The notes beneath the pieces are model-generated. The model was given only the letters and a program-made list of their open reading frames with translations, had not been told where the DNA came from and ran no database searches. From contig CAVXEB010000007.1 in NCBI GenBank assembly GCA_963760735.1, positions 149,600 to 213,599 of the forward strand: a stretch of DNA of 64,000 bases, read 5' to 3'. The translations under genes and the position numbers were made by a program. The number at the start of each line of letters is the position of its first letter. Positions within the stretch are counted from its first letter, which is position 1. Shown piece after piece: positions 20,266 to 30,206 of the stretch. The DNA comes from an uncultured Chloroflexia bacterium (GTDB taxonomy: Bacteria; Chloroflexota; Limnocylindria; Limnocylindrales; CSP1-4).

Positions 20266-21366
20266 GTGAACGCGGTCGAAGCGCCGATCCGGCTCGCCGA
20301 CGTCGGGTTCCCGACGGTCTACGGGCGCGGGCTGCTCGCAGAGCTGCCGAACTTCGTCCATCGCCCGTACCTCGTCGTGACGATGGCGGACCTGTGGCCG
20401 CGGTTCGAGCACCTCTTCGACGGCAATCTGGCCGGCGTTCACGAGGTGACGACGATCGAGGTGCCGGCGCTCGACGAGCAGATCGCCGGGCTGCCGGACT
20501 TCGGGGCGATCATCGGCCTCGGTGGTGGACGTGCCCTGGACGTCGCCAAGTTCTTCGCCTGGCGGCGGGGCCGACCGCTCTTCCAGGTCCCGACGTCGAT
20601 GACGACGAACGCTCCGTTCGCCCACCGGGCAGCGTTGCGCCACGAAGGGCGCGAGGTGGGTCTGGCCTGGGCGATCCCCGAGGCGGTCTACGTCGACATC
20701 GACGTGATCCGGAGCGCGCCGCCCGAGCTCAATCGAACCGGCGTCGGCGACGTGCTCTGTCATCACACGGCGCACGTCGACTGGAAGCTGGCCCGCGACG
20801 CGGGGCAGGAGGATCGTCGCTGGCCGTACGACGAGCGACTCGTCGCCGAGGCGCTCGAGCAGCTCGAGCTCGTCGTCGCCGGCCTCGACGAGATCCACGA
20901 CATCACCGATGCCGGCATCCGTGTGCTGATGTCGGCGCACCGCTGGGGCGGTGCCGCGTTCCACAACGCAGGCTGGAACGCCCGCCATCTCGACGGCGTC
21001 GACCACGCATTCCTGTACTGCCTGGAATTCCAGACCGGCCGCAGCTTCGTCCACGGACAGGCCGTGGGGCTCGGCACCTACCTGGGGGCCGTCCTCCAGA
21101 ACAACCAGCCCGAGATCGTCCTCGGCTGGCTCCATCGCGCCGGGGTGGACATCCGGCCTGAGGCGATGGGCATCGATTGGGAGGCCGCCGGCACGGCGAT
21201 GCAGCGGCTCGCCTGGTTCGTCCGCCACGCGGACCAGCCCTACACGATCGCCGATGCCCGGCCGGTGACCGCCGACGTCGTCGACGGCATCCGTGACCGG
21301 ATCACCGCCACGTTCGGGGCGTGGCCCGCGGAGGGGCCGGCCGCCCCGAGAGGAGGGTTCGTCTGA
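20266..21366 (+). CDS. DHQS-like superfamily dehydrogenase (glycerol dehydrogenase / glycerol-1-phosphate dehydrogenase AraM-like, Fe-ADH fold), paralog 1
   Basis: GLGGGRALDVAKF (GGGxxxDxAK) and PTSMTTNAPF (PTxxSxDAP-like) motifs of the DHQS/glycerol-DH superfamily. 366 aa. Stop overlaps the next gene's start (TGATG). Confidence 0.7.
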   Translation: MNAVEAPIRLADVGFPTVYGRGLLAELPNFVHRPYLVVTMADLWPRFEHLFDGNLAGVHEVTTIEVPALDEQIAGLPDFGAIIGLGGGRALDVAKFFAWRRGRPLFQVPTSMTTNAPFAHRAALRHEGREVGLAWAIPEAVYVDIDVIRSAPPELNRTGVGDVLCHHTAHVDWKLARDAGQEDRRWPYDERLVAEALEQLELVVAGLDEIHDITDAGIRVLMSAHRWGGAAFHNAGWNARHLDGVDHAFLYCLEFQTGRSFVHGQAVGLGTYLGAVLQNNQPEIVLGWLHRAGVDIRPEAMGIDWEAAGTAMQRLAWFVRHADQPYTIADARPVTADVVDGIRDRITATFGAWPAEGPAAPRGGFV

Positions 21367-22649
21367 TGGACGATCGACTGCGCAGGAGCAGGTTGGGGAC
21401 GATCGGCGCGCTCGCCGGGTTCGTCCTGATCGTCGCGAGCGCATGCACGAGCGGTGCATCTCCCTCGACCGGGGGCGGTGCCAGCGCGCCCGTCGCGAGC
21501 ACCGGCGGCGGGGCCTCGAGCAGTGCCCCCGCCGGCAGCGCGACGGCCGGCACGAAGCATGTCGCCATCGTCAACAAGGACATGACCGACGACGAGATCA
21601 AGGCCGCGATCGCGGCCGAGGGCTCGCTCAACGTCGGCAACTGGACGTACTCGGCGACGAGCGAGATCGTCAACCAGTTCCAGAAATACGTGAAGGACAC
21701 ATACGGCGCAGACATCAAGCTCAACTACGTCGGGTCGCAACAGCCGAGCGAGTACCTGACCAAGCTCGCCGCTGACCAGAAGGCCGGCAACAAGGCCAGC
21801 TTCGACGTGATCGCGGTCGAGGAGAACTACTGGTACGACGCGTCCCAGCAGGGCCTCGTCGACGATGTGCTCACGTCGGATCTGATCCCGAACCAGAAGA
21901 TGGTCCTCGACGTCTTCAAACACGCCCCGCAGTCGATCGCGTTCCAGTCGACGGCCTACCCGGGCGTCGTCTACGACAAGAAGGACGCGGGCTACCTGAC
22001 GAAGCTCATGGACCTCGCCGACCCACGACTCAAGGGCAAGCTGACCCTGCCCAAGCCGACGGACATCACCGCCGGCGGGTTCCTCCTCGGCCTCGCCGCC
22101 GAAATGGGCAAGGACTACAAGGACCCCGAGCAGATGAAGCAGGTCGTGGACTGGGCGGTCCAGAACCTCGGCCCCAATGTCCTCAAGTACACGACCGACC
22201 AGGCGACGCCGCAGAAGCTGTTCGAGTCAGGTGCGATCGACGCGGTCGGATTCTGGAACAGCCTCGCTCGCCTGGAGTACCTGGGCGGGCATACGGAGGC
22301 GGCGCTGCTCGTGCCGCCGACGATCTACCCGGCCAATGGCTACCTGTGGGTCCCGAAGAATGCGCAGCACCCGGTGCTTGCCCAGGTCTTCATGAACTGG
22401 CGGCTCGCCAAGGACGTCCAGTTCCCGAACGCGTGGCCCATCGACCACGGCCAGTGGAGCGAGCTCTCCGAGGGCTTCCTGGGCCCCGACTACGTCGACC
22501 AGGTGCCCGACTGGTTCAAGACCGACTACTACACCTACTTCCCGAAGCTCGACCAGATCCAGTCGGGGTTCAAGGCGATCGACTGGGAGGCCTACAACGC
22601 CAGCTCGAAGATCTTCCTCGACTACTACGCCAAGCAGCTGGGCGCGTAG
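21366..22649 (+). CDS. ABC transporter substrate-binding lipoprotein (PotD/FbpA-type family)
   Basis: Start MDDRLRRSRLGTIGALAGFVLIVASAC with lipobox. Periplasmic SBP fold. Followed by PotB/PotC-like permeases and a PotA/FbpC-like ATPase. Confidence 0.85.
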   Translation: MDDRLRRSRLGTIGALAGFVLIVASACTSGASPSTGGGASAPVASTGGGASSSAPAGSATAGTKHVAIVNKDMTDDEIKAAIAAEGSLNVGNWTYSATSEIVNQFQKYVKDTYGADIKLNYVGSQQPSEYLTKLAADQKAGNKASFDVIAVEENYWYDASQQGLVDDVLTSDLIPNQKMVLDVFKHAPQSIAFQSTAYPGVVYDKKDAGYLTKLMDLADPRLKGKLTLPKPTDITAGGFLLGLAAEMGKDYKDPEQMKQVVDWAVQNLGPNVLKYTTDQATPQKLFESGAIDAVGFWNSLARLEYLGGHTEAALLVPPTIYPANGYLWVPKNAQHPVLAQVFMNWRLAKDVQFPNAWPIDHGQWSELSEGFLGPDYVDQVPDWFKTDYYTYFPKLDQIQSGFKAIDWEAYNASSKIFLDYYAKQLGA

Positions 22650-22728
22650 GCCCCGCTGACGCGCAAGATGTGGCTCGCCCGTCGGCGACGGCGGGCGAGC
22701 CGATCCATCCCTGGCACCGAGGCCGATC

Positions 22729-23625
22729 GTGGTCAGTGAACGCCTGTCGATGCCGATGTCCGGCGTCGCCCCGGAGCTCCGGCGGCGCGTGCGCAACACC
22801 CGCCTGATCGGCCTCGCCCTGCTCATCCCCGCAGGGGTCCTGGCGGTGCTGTTCCTGTACTACCCCCTGGTGTTCATCCTCCAGATGAGCTTCACCGAGG
22901 GCAGCACGTATCTGTCGCAGGCGGGTCCGGTCCAGACGGTCGACAACTACCGCCTCATCGTCGAGCGCTACCTGCCGAACCTGTTCGTGACGATCCAGCT
23001 GGCCCTGCTGGCGACGGGGGTCGACCTCGTGCTCGGCTTCCCGTTCGCCTACATCCTCGTTCGCCGGATCCGGTACCGCGACGTCGTCCGGGCGCTGATG
23101 GTCTTCCCGATGTTCGGGGCGCTGTACGTCACCTTCGGGGTCAGCACGGTCCTCCTGCCCGGCGGCCCGCTCGACCCACTGTTCAGCGCGCTCGGAGTCT
23201 CCGGCGCGTCGCTGCTCTTCAGCCTGCCGTCGGTCGTGTTCGCGATGGCGATCTTCACGTTCCCGTTCATGGTCATGAGCATCGGGACGGCGCTGTCGAA
23301 CGTCGACCCGACGCTCGAGGAGGCCGCGGCCTGCCTCGGCGCGGGCCCGTTCACGACGTTCCGCCGCGTCGTGCTGCCGCTCGCCCGCTCCGGCGTCGTG
23401 GCGGGCTCGCTCCTGGTCTTCGGCTGGAGCATCGGCGCGTTCGCGGAGCCGGCGCTGCTCGGCGGTCTCCACGAGCAGCGCTCACTGGCGGTAACGATCT
23501 ACGACCGGGGTGTGGTCCAGAACGACTACGGGCTCGCCTCGGCGATGGGCATGATGCTGCTGGCGATCGCCTTTGTCGTGACGTACTTCTCGCTGCGCTA
23601 CTCGCGCGGAGCGCTGGCCGAATGA
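22729..23625 (+). CDS. ABC transporter permease (PotB-like)
   Basis: 6 predicted TM segments. EAA loop LEEAAACLGAGPFTTFRRVVLPL. Confidence 0.85.
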   Translation: MVSERLSMPMSGVAPELRRRVRNTRLIGLALLIPAGVLAVLFLYYPLVFILQMSFTEGSTYLSQAGPVQTVDNYRLIVERYLPNLFVTIQLALLATGVDLVLGFPFAYILVRRIRYRDVVRALMVFPMFGALYVTFGVSTVLLPGGPLDPLFSALGVSGASLLFSLPSVVFAMAIFTFPFMVMSIGTALSNVDPTLEEAAACLGAGPFTTFRRVVLPLARSGVVAGSLLVFGWSIGAFAEPALLGGLHEQRSLAVTIYDRGVVQNDYGLASAMGMMLLAIAFVVTYFSLRYSRGALAE

Positions 23626-24476
23626 CGGCGAGCGCCCACGGCGGGCCGAGTCCGGCGAGCGCCGCTACGCCGGCCGTCCGTCCCCCGCGCGTCACGACGC
23701 GCCGCGTCACCGCAGTCGTCAGCCACGCGTACATCTGGTTCTGCCTGTTCCTGTTCGTCCTGCCGTTCGGGGCGCTGCTGTTCCAATCGTTCGCCGCCTA
23801 TGGCGGGAGCTCCGGTCTCGAGAACTACCGGGGCGCGATCGGCGACTTCAAGGAGAACCTCTTCTGGAGCGTCAAGATCACCGGCCTGGCCCTCGCGATC
23901 GACCTCGCGGTCAGCCTCCCGGCGGCGTACGCGCTCGTTCGCTACCCGGTCCCGGGGCGGCGGATCATCTTCTCGATCCTGCAGCTGTCGCTGTACGTGC
24001 CGGGCGCCGTCATCGGCCTGGCGCTGCTGCTGACGTACACGTTCACGTATCACGCCGTGTCGATGTGGGGGCTCGTGCTGGCGATGGCGGTCGGGACGTT
24101 CCCGTTGATGCTGACCCCGATCGTCGTGGCGTTGAAGGACCTGCCACCCGAGTTCGAGGAGGCCGCCCGCTGCCTCGGGGCGACCGGCTGGCAGACCTAC
24201 CGAAAGGTCGTGTTCCCGCTCATCGGACCGGGCGTGTCGGCCGGCCTGCTGCTGTGCTTCATCATCGTCTTCAACGAGTACCTGGTCACGCTGTTCGTCC
24301 ATCCGGTCGACATCGAGACCGCGCCGCTCCGGATCTTCAACCTCCAGAAGACCGGCGGGCTGTCGCCGGCGACGGCGGCCCTCGCCGTCACGATGCAGCT
24401 CGTGTCGTTCGCGGCCGTGCTCGTGTTCTTCCGGGTCTTCGGGACCCGCCACTTCAAAGGGACCTACATCCTCTGA
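23622..24476 (+). CDS. ABC transporter permease (PotC-like)
   Basis: TM-rich. EAA loop FEEAARCLGATGWQTYRKVVFPLI. 4-nt overlap with the upstream permease. Confidence 0.85.
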   Translation: MTASAHGGPSPASAATPAVRPPRVTTRRVTAVVSHAYIWFCLFLFVLPFGALLFQSFAAYGGSSGLENYRGAIGDFKENLFWSVKITGLALAIDLAVSLPAAYALVRYPVPGRRIIFSILQLSLYVPGAVIGLALLLTYTFTYHAVSMWGLVLAMAVGTFPLMLTPIVVALKDLPPEFEEAARCLGATGWQTYRKVVFPLIGPGVSAGLLLCFIIVFNEYLVTLFVHPVDIETAPLRIFNLQKTGGLSPATAALAVTMQLVSFAAVLVFFRVFGTRHFKGTYIL

Positions 24477-25567
24477 TGGCGACCGTCCGCCTGGCCTCGA
24501 TCACGAAGCGCTACGGCCAGACCGTTGCCGTCGACGGCCTCGACCTGGAGATCGCCAACGGCGAGCTGGTCACGCTGCTCGGCCCGTCGGGCTGCGGCAA
24601 GACCACCACGCTGCGGATGGTCGCGGGGCTCATCGAGCCGACCGACGGCCGGGTCTTCTTCGATGCCGACGACGTCACGTTCCTGCCACCACGGAAGCGG
24701 AACATCGGCTTCGTCTTCCAGTCGCCGGCACTCTTTCCGCACCTGTCTGTCGCCGACAACGTCGCGTTCGGGCTCTCGGTCAAGGGCGCCAGGAAGGACG
24801 CGATCCGGGACCGCGTCGACGAGATGCTGGCCATGGTCGGGCTATCGGGCTATGGAGCGAGGCTGCCGGCGCAGCTTTCCGGAGGCCAGCAGCAGCGGGT
24901 CGCGCTCGCCAGGGTCCTCGCAACGGATCCCCGCGTCCTGCTGTTCGACGAGCCCCTGTCCGCGCTCGACCGGAATCTCCGCGACACGCTGAAGTACTCG
25001 ATCCTCGACCTCCAGCGGCGGACCGGCAAGACCGCGATCTACGTCACCCACGACCAGTCCGAGGCCTTCGCGATCTCGGATCGCATCGTCGTGATGAACG
25101 CCGGCCGGGTGGAGCAGATCGGGACCCAGACCGAGATCTACCTCCAGCCGCAGACCCGCTTCGTCGCCGAGTTCATCGGCGCCAACAACGGCCTCGAGGG
25201 GACGGTCGCGAGCGTCGACGGGTCCGGCGAGGACGGTCGGGCGACGGTTCGCGTTGGCGACCTGACGCTGCGCGCGCACGCGCACGACGGGCTGTCGGTC
25301 GGCGACCCGGTCATCGCCTATCTCCGTCCCGAAGACGTCCGGGTGCTCGAGGACGCTCACGACGGCGGCTGGCCGAACGTCGTGGAGGGCGTCGTCGACC
25401 GGGTGATCTTCGAGGGGCCGACGGCCCAGCTCCGTGTCGATCTCGGGGGTCGCGAGATCCGCGCCGACATCAGCGGCAACCGCCGGCTGACCGTCGGCCA
25501 GGACGCGGGCCGGATCGTCCTTGGGTTCGACGAGCTGACGCTCATCCCGGCAGAGCCACCGGCGTGA
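24477..25567 (+). CDS. ABC transporter ATP-binding protein with C-terminal TOBE/regulatory domain (PotA/FbpC-like)
   Basis: True start MATVRLASITKRYG (ATG 24477, just after the permease stop). Walker A GPSGCGKTT, signature LSGGQQQRVALAR, Walker B LLFDEPLSALD. The ORF-track 500-aa version is a 5' over-extension. Confidence 0.9.
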
Positions 25568-25571
25568 TGCG

Positions 25572-26672
25572 GTGACCGATGCCGTCGCCCTCGCGAGGCA
25601 GGGCTTCCGAACGGTCTTCGGGCACGAGCTCGTCGGCGAGCTGCCGGCGTTCGTCCACCGGCCGTACCTCGTCGTGACGATGGCCGACCTGTGGCCTCGG
25701 TTCGAGGCCCAGCTGGCAGGTCCGTCCATGGCCGGCGTTCACCTGGTCGACACGCTCGAGCTGAGCGAGCTGGTCGCCCTGGAGGAGCGCCTGCCGAGGA
25801 CCGCGGCGATCATCGGTCTCGGCGGTGGACAGGCCCTCGACGTGGCGAAGTTCCTGGCCTGGACGCGCCGGCTGCCGCTGTTCCAGCTGCCGACCGCGAC
25901 CACCGTCAACGCGCCGTTCGGCCACCGCGCCGGCCTCCGCGACCAGGGGCGCGTCCGCTACCTCGGCTGGGCGGTCCCCGAGGCGGTCTACATCGACTTC
26001 GAGGTCATCGGATCGGCGCCACCGAACCTGAACCGGTCCGGCGTCGGCGACGTGCTCTGCTACCACACCGCTCGCCACGACTGGCAGCTCGCCGACCGGC
26101 TCGAGCGGAGCGAGCCGCGCTGGCCGTTCGACGCCGGCCTGATCGCCGACGCGGCGATCGTGATGGGCTGGGTCGTCGACGCGCTCGACGAGATCCGGGC
26201 CGGCTCGGAGGCGGGGGTTCGGGCCCTCGTCAACGCCCATCGCTGGGGCGGGACGACCTTCCACGACTCCGGCTGGAACCCGCGCCACATCGAGGGCGTG
26301 GAGCACTTCGTGTTCTACAACCTCGAGCGGATCACGGGCCGTCACTTCATCCACGGCCAGCCGGTCGGGCTGGGAATCATCGCCGGGTCCGTGCTGCAGG
26401 ACAACGAGCCCGACGCGATGGCCGCCGCGATCGCCCGTGCCGGCGTCGACATCCGGCCGGAGGCGATGGGCGTCACCTGGGACGACGTCGGCGAGGCGCT
26501 CCGGACACTCGGCTCGTATGTCCGGGAGGTCGGACTCTGGTTCACGGTCGCCGACACCGTCACGGTCACCGATGACCACGTCGCACGGATTCGCGACCTC
26601 GTCGAACGGACCTTCGGCGCGTGGGAGCCCATCACTCCGGGGCCCGCGGCCGATGTCGGAGGAGCGCGATGA
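25572..26672 (+). CDS. DHQS-like superfamily dehydrogenase, paralog 2
   Basis: Co-linear with the 20266-21366 protein over the full 366 aa (GLGGGQALDVAKF, PTATTVNAPF, HRWGG.FH..GWN.RH.-GV-H.). Stop overlaps the next start (ATGA). Confidence 0.7.
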   Translation: MTDAVALARQGFRTVFGHELVGELPAFVHRPYLVVTMADLWPRFEAQLAGPSMAGVHLVDTLELSELVALEERLPRTAAIIGLGGGQALDVAKFLAWTRRLPLFQLPTATTVNAPFGHRAGLRDQGRVRYLGWAVPEAVYIDFEVIGSAPPNLNRSGVGDVLCYHTARHDWQLADRLERSEPRWPFDAGLIADAAIVMGWVVDALDEIRAGSEAGVRALVNAHRWGGTTFHDSGWNPRHIEGVEHFVFYNLERITGRHFIHGQPVGLGIIAGSVLQDNEPDAMAAAIARAGVDIRPEAMGVTWDDVGEALRTLGSYVREVGLWFTVADTVTVTDDHVARIRDLVERTFGAWEPITPGPAADVGGAR

Positions 26673-27583
26673 AGCTGGGGCTGACGCTGCCGCAGGGATG
26701 CGATCGCGAGTACCTGGGCCTCGATGCGGCCACGGCCTGGCGACGGACCGACGAGGTCGCGCGCTGGGCGGAGGATGTCGGCTTCGAGTCCCTGTGGGTC
26801 TACGACCACATGCAGGTCGACCCGCCGCCCGAGGAAGCACCGATCTTCGAACCCATCGCTGAGCTGGCCGCACTGGCGGTCGCGACGAGCCGCGCCCACC
26901 TCGGCCACCTCGTGCTTGCGGCGTCCTATCGCAACCCGGGCCTGACCGCGAAGGCCATCTCGACGATCGACGTGGTCAGCGGCGGTCGGGCGATCCTCGG
27001 GATCGGTGCCGGGTGGAAGGAGGATGAGTGGCTGGCCTACGGCTACGGCTTCCCCGCGGCACCCGAGCGGCTGGCCGTCCTCGCCGACCACCTCGAGATC
27101 ATCACCCGGATGCTCGCGCCCGGGCGCGCCACGTACGAAGGCAAGCACGCCCATGTCCGCGATGCGATCCACGAGCCGAAGGGCCTGCAGCAGCCGCGGA
27201 TCCCGATCCTCGTCGGCGGGAACGGCCCGAAGGTCACCTGGCACCTCGCCGCGCGCTTCGCGGACGAGCTGAACCTGGATGCCCTCACCCCGGCGCAGGT
27301 CGAGGCGGCCCTGCCCGTGATCCGCCAGCGCTGCGCCGAGGTGGGTCGCGACCCTGAGTCGCTCGCCGTCTCGGTCCACGTCTGGGGCGAGGCGGCCGCG
27401 GCTCCGGCCGGCGCCGCCCGGCGGCAGCGGCTCCGCGACTACGCGGATCTCGGCCTCTCCCGCGTCATCGTCCAGGGGTTCGCCTGCGCCAAGGATCCGC
27501 ACGCGATCGACGACGTCATCGAGGACGCCACGGCGGTCGGCCTGCTCGAGGCGGATCGGAGCCCGGTCCAGGCCCGGCCCTAG
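26669..27583 (+). CDS. LLM-class (luciferase-like) flavin/F420-dependent oxidoreductase
   Basis: MKLGLTLPQ... start. TIM-barrel LLM motifs (ESLWVYDHM, ILGIGAGW, ILVGGNGPK) typical of actinobacterial F420-dependent LLM family. Confidence 0.75.
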   Translation: MKLGLTLPQGCDREYLGLDAATAWRRTDEVARWAEDVGFESLWVYDHMQVDPPPEEAPIFEPIAELAALAVATSRAHLGHLVLAASYRNPGLTAKAISTIDVVSGGRAILGIGAGWKEDEWLAYGYGFPAAPERLAVLADHLEIITRMLAPGRATYEGKHAHVRDAIHEPKGLQQPRIPILVGGNGPKVTWHLAARFADELNLDALTPAQVEAALPVIRQRCAEVGRDPESLAVSVHVWGEAAAAPAGAARRQRLRDYADLGLSRVIVQGFACAKDPHAIDDVIEDATAVGLLEADRSPVQARP

Positions 27584-28224
27584 GGGCCGGCCCGCAGCAG
27601 GTCGAGCTCGCGCAGGTCGGACCGGAGGCGAGCCGGATCCACGTACCGGATGGCCCGGATCCCGAGCCGGGCCGCGGCCTCGACGTTCTCGAGCTGGTCG
27701 TCGACGAAGAGCGTCTCGCCAGGGACGAGCCCGTATCGATCCAGCAGGACCTCGAAGATCCGCGGATCCGGCTTGGCGAGACGCTCGTTGCCGGAGATCA
27801 CGATCCCGTCGAACCAGTCGAGGAACGGATAGCGCGGCCGAGCGAGGGGGAACGTCTCGCCCGACCAGTTGCTCAGGGCGAACAGACGGATGCCCCGCCG
27901 GCGCAGATCGGCGAGGACCGCGACGGTCGGCTCGATGGCGTCACCGAGGGTCTCGGGCCACCGCTTCCACCAGGCCTCGATCAGCTCCCGCTGATCCGGG
28001 TGACGGGTCGCCAGCTCTGCGACCGCGTCCGCCCACGGTCTGCCGGCATCCTGGGCCCGGTTCCACTCCGGCGTCGCGACGGTCGCGAGGAAGTCCTCCA
28101 TCGCGGCCTCGTCGTCGAACAGGCTCCGGTACAGGTAGCGCGGATTCCAGTCGATCAGGACGCCGCCCAGATCGAAGATCGCGGCACGAATCGGCTGCTC
28201 CACGGCGGCCGGCTCGACGCTCAC
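27580..28224 (-). CDS. HAD-superfamily hydrolase (phosphatase)
   Basis: GTG start at 28224 (GTGA overlap with upstream PEBP gene). Motif I AAIFDLGGVLIDW (DxG), motif III K (RLAKPDP), motif IV FVDDQLENV. Confidence 0.75.
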   Translation of the reverse strand: MSVEPAAVEQPIRAAIFDLGGVLIDWNPRYLYRSLFDDEAAMEDFLATVATPEWNRAQDAGRPWADAVAELATRHPDQRELIEAWWKRWPETLGDAIEPTVAVLADLRRRGIRLFALSNWSGETFPLARPRYPFLDWFDGIVISGNERLAKPDPRIFEVLLDRYGLVPGETLFVDDQLENVEAAARLGIRAIRYVDPARLRSDLRELDLLRAGP

Positions 28225-28898
28225 GCCCGGAAGGTGCCGGTGAGGGTCGCCCGGTCGACGACGCGAGCCTTTGCGAGCGCCGCCCGCACGGCGGCGCCGT
28301 CCGGGTGGCCGGTGAGCGCGAGCGGCGCCTCGAGCGCGTAGAGGGTGAACCGGTAGTGGTGCGTGCCCGACGGCGGGCATGGACCGCCGTAGCCGACACG
28401 GCCGAAGTCGTTCATCCCCTGCTGCGGTGGGTTCGTCTTCGGTGACAGGCCGGCCGGCAGGCTCGAGGTCGTCGGGTCGACGTCGAGGACCGACCAGTGG
28501 ACCCAGTTGCGCCCGTCCGGGTCGTCGACGAACAGCACGAGTGCCTTCGCACCCGGCGGGACGCCCGACCAGGCGAGGGGCGGCGAGCGGTCCGCGCCCT
28601 TGCAGGTGAATTCTGCCGGGATCGCCCGGTCCGACTCGAATGCGGTCGAGGTGAGAGTGAGCGGACTCGTGCTCGGGGCCACGGATGTCTCCTCTGATGG
28701 TCCCGCGGCGGGCTCCACGGAACGGGATGCGCCGGGCGACGGGCTGACCGGGGCCACCTGGCTCCGGGCGGTCGGGGTCGAGGACTGCGGTTCGGCGACG
28801 GCGGACGACCCGGCGCTCGACGCACAACCAGCGAGGACCGCCAGCAGGGCCATCGCCAGACCCGCCAACCGGCGTCGTGAAGCGCCGGATCGTCCCAC
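28221..28898 (-). CDS. YbhB/YbcL (PEBP/RKIP) family lipoprotein
   Basis: GTG start at 28898 gives VGRSGASRRRLAGLAMALLAVLAGC (lipobox LAGC). HHYRFTLYALE and GYGGPCPP are hallmark PEBP motifs. Confidence 0.75.
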   Translation of the reverse strand: MGRSGASRRRLAGLAMALLAVLAGCASSAGSSAVAEPQSSTPTARSQVAPVSPSPGASRSVEPAAGPSEETSVAPSTSPLTLTSTAFESDRAIPAEFTCKGADRSPPLAWSGVPPGAKALVLFVDDPDGRNWVHWSVLDVDPTTSSLPAGLSPKTNPPQQGMNDFGRVGYGGPCPPSGTHHYRFTLYALEAPLALTGHPDGAAVRAALAKARVVDRATLTGTFRA

Positions 28899-29090
28899 CG
28901 TGGCGCTCAGCGCACGGGATTGGGCCAGGAGGAGAGGATCGACTCGGTCCGCCACGTTGGATCCACCGTTCGTCAGCCGCTCGTCGAGCCTAGACGACGT
29001 GGGGTGAGCGCACAACGTCCCACGGATTCGTGCCGCCGGGGCCGGCACACCGCCGAGCGGCTCGTCTCACCGAACCCGGTCCGATCCCTC

Positions 29091-29903
29091 TCAGAGCACC
29101 CGTGACACGGTGAACAGGACGGCCGCGGCGACCGTGGCCGTGAAGCCGACCGGTCGCTGGAAGAAGCCGGACTCGGTCGCGTCGTCGGGCATCGTGTCCG
29201 TCTTCCAGGCCTCCTCGATGTGGATCTCCCGTGGCGAGATGCGATACCAGACGCGCGCCCCGGAGGAGATCGCTTCGCGGGCCGGTGCGCCGGCCACGAG
29301 GTAGACGAAGTACTGGATCGGAACGACGACCACGAGCCAGATGACATAGGCGATGACGAACGCAAAGGCGATGACGGCCGTGAACAGGAAGTCGACCCAG
29401 AGGCCCGTCGGGTCTTCGCCCTCGACGTCGGAACCAGGAGTCGCGGGATCGACCCCCGCCGCCTGAGGCGCCCCGGCGACGATCCGTGACGTGAGCTCAT
29501 CGCTCAAGGCGGGATCGGCTAGGAGCTCCTGCTGCTGCCGTTGAAGCTCCGCCTGCGCGCGTCGCATTCTGCCGCGTTCACGCCACGTGTTCCGCGTCTC
29601 CGGGTTCAGCATCGTCGACCAGGCGAGCGGAGGCAGCGCGCCGAGTCTCACCCACGCGGCCAGGTACTCGACGGGATGCGCCGAGATCAGCGTGGTCATC
29701 TTGTTCAGGTCACCCCAGGCCAGCGTCACGAACCCGAAGACGATGCTGATCAACGCCCCGTTTGCCAGATACCAGCGGAAGTAGTCGGTCGCAAGCCAGG
29801 TCCTGAACACCAGCTCGTTGAGCAGCGAGACGCCGACGATGAAGCCCAGGCCGACGACGCCCGAGATGAACCGTTGCCTGCGCCCAGCTCCGACCAACCC
29901 CAT
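29091..29903 (-). CDS. hypothetical integral membrane protein
   Basis: Start MGLVGAGRRQRF... (ATG 29903). 3-4 hydrophobic helices. No recognisable family. The ORF-track 5' part is Arg-rich and implausible. Confidence 0.5.
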   Translation of the reverse strand: MGLVGAGRRQRFISGVVGLGFIVGVSLLNELVFRTWLATDYFRWYLANGALISIVFGFVTLAWGDLNKMTTLISAHPVEYLAAWVRLGALPPLAWSTMLNPETRNTWRERGRMRRAQAELQRQQQELLADPALSDELTSRIVAGAPQAAGVDPATPGSDVEGEDPTGLWVDFLFTAVIAFAFVIAYVIWLVVVVPIQYFVYLVAGAPAREAISSGARVWYRISPREIHIEEAWKTDTMPDDATESGFFQRPVGFTATVAAAVLFTVSRVL

Positions 29904-30206
29904 CGTCGTCGTCCCCCGATCCCGCTGTTCCACTGCCGAGGAGCGCCGCCCGCCCGCCGCATGCCGCGTCGTGGTGAGGGCGCGAACATAGTCCCTTGCC
30001 GTCTCTTGATCATCGCCTCGGGGCGCGAGTGGCGGTCTTCCGACTGACAGGCCCGGGTTGACCGCACGCCCAGCGGAATCGTGACCCCGCCCGGTCGCCG
30101 CACGGGTATCGTTCCGCGCATCAAGGCGCCCCCACCGCCCGCCCAGCGTTCGCGCTTCGACCATCCGTCACGGCGATCCAGCGTTCCCGCATGGAGGTGA
30201 GGTTCG

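Noticed and set aside
24065-25567. 500-aa version of the ABC ATPase ORF
   Set aside because: The first ~137 codons overlap the upstream permease in another frame and lack ABC motifs. The true start is ATG 24477, directly after the permease stop.
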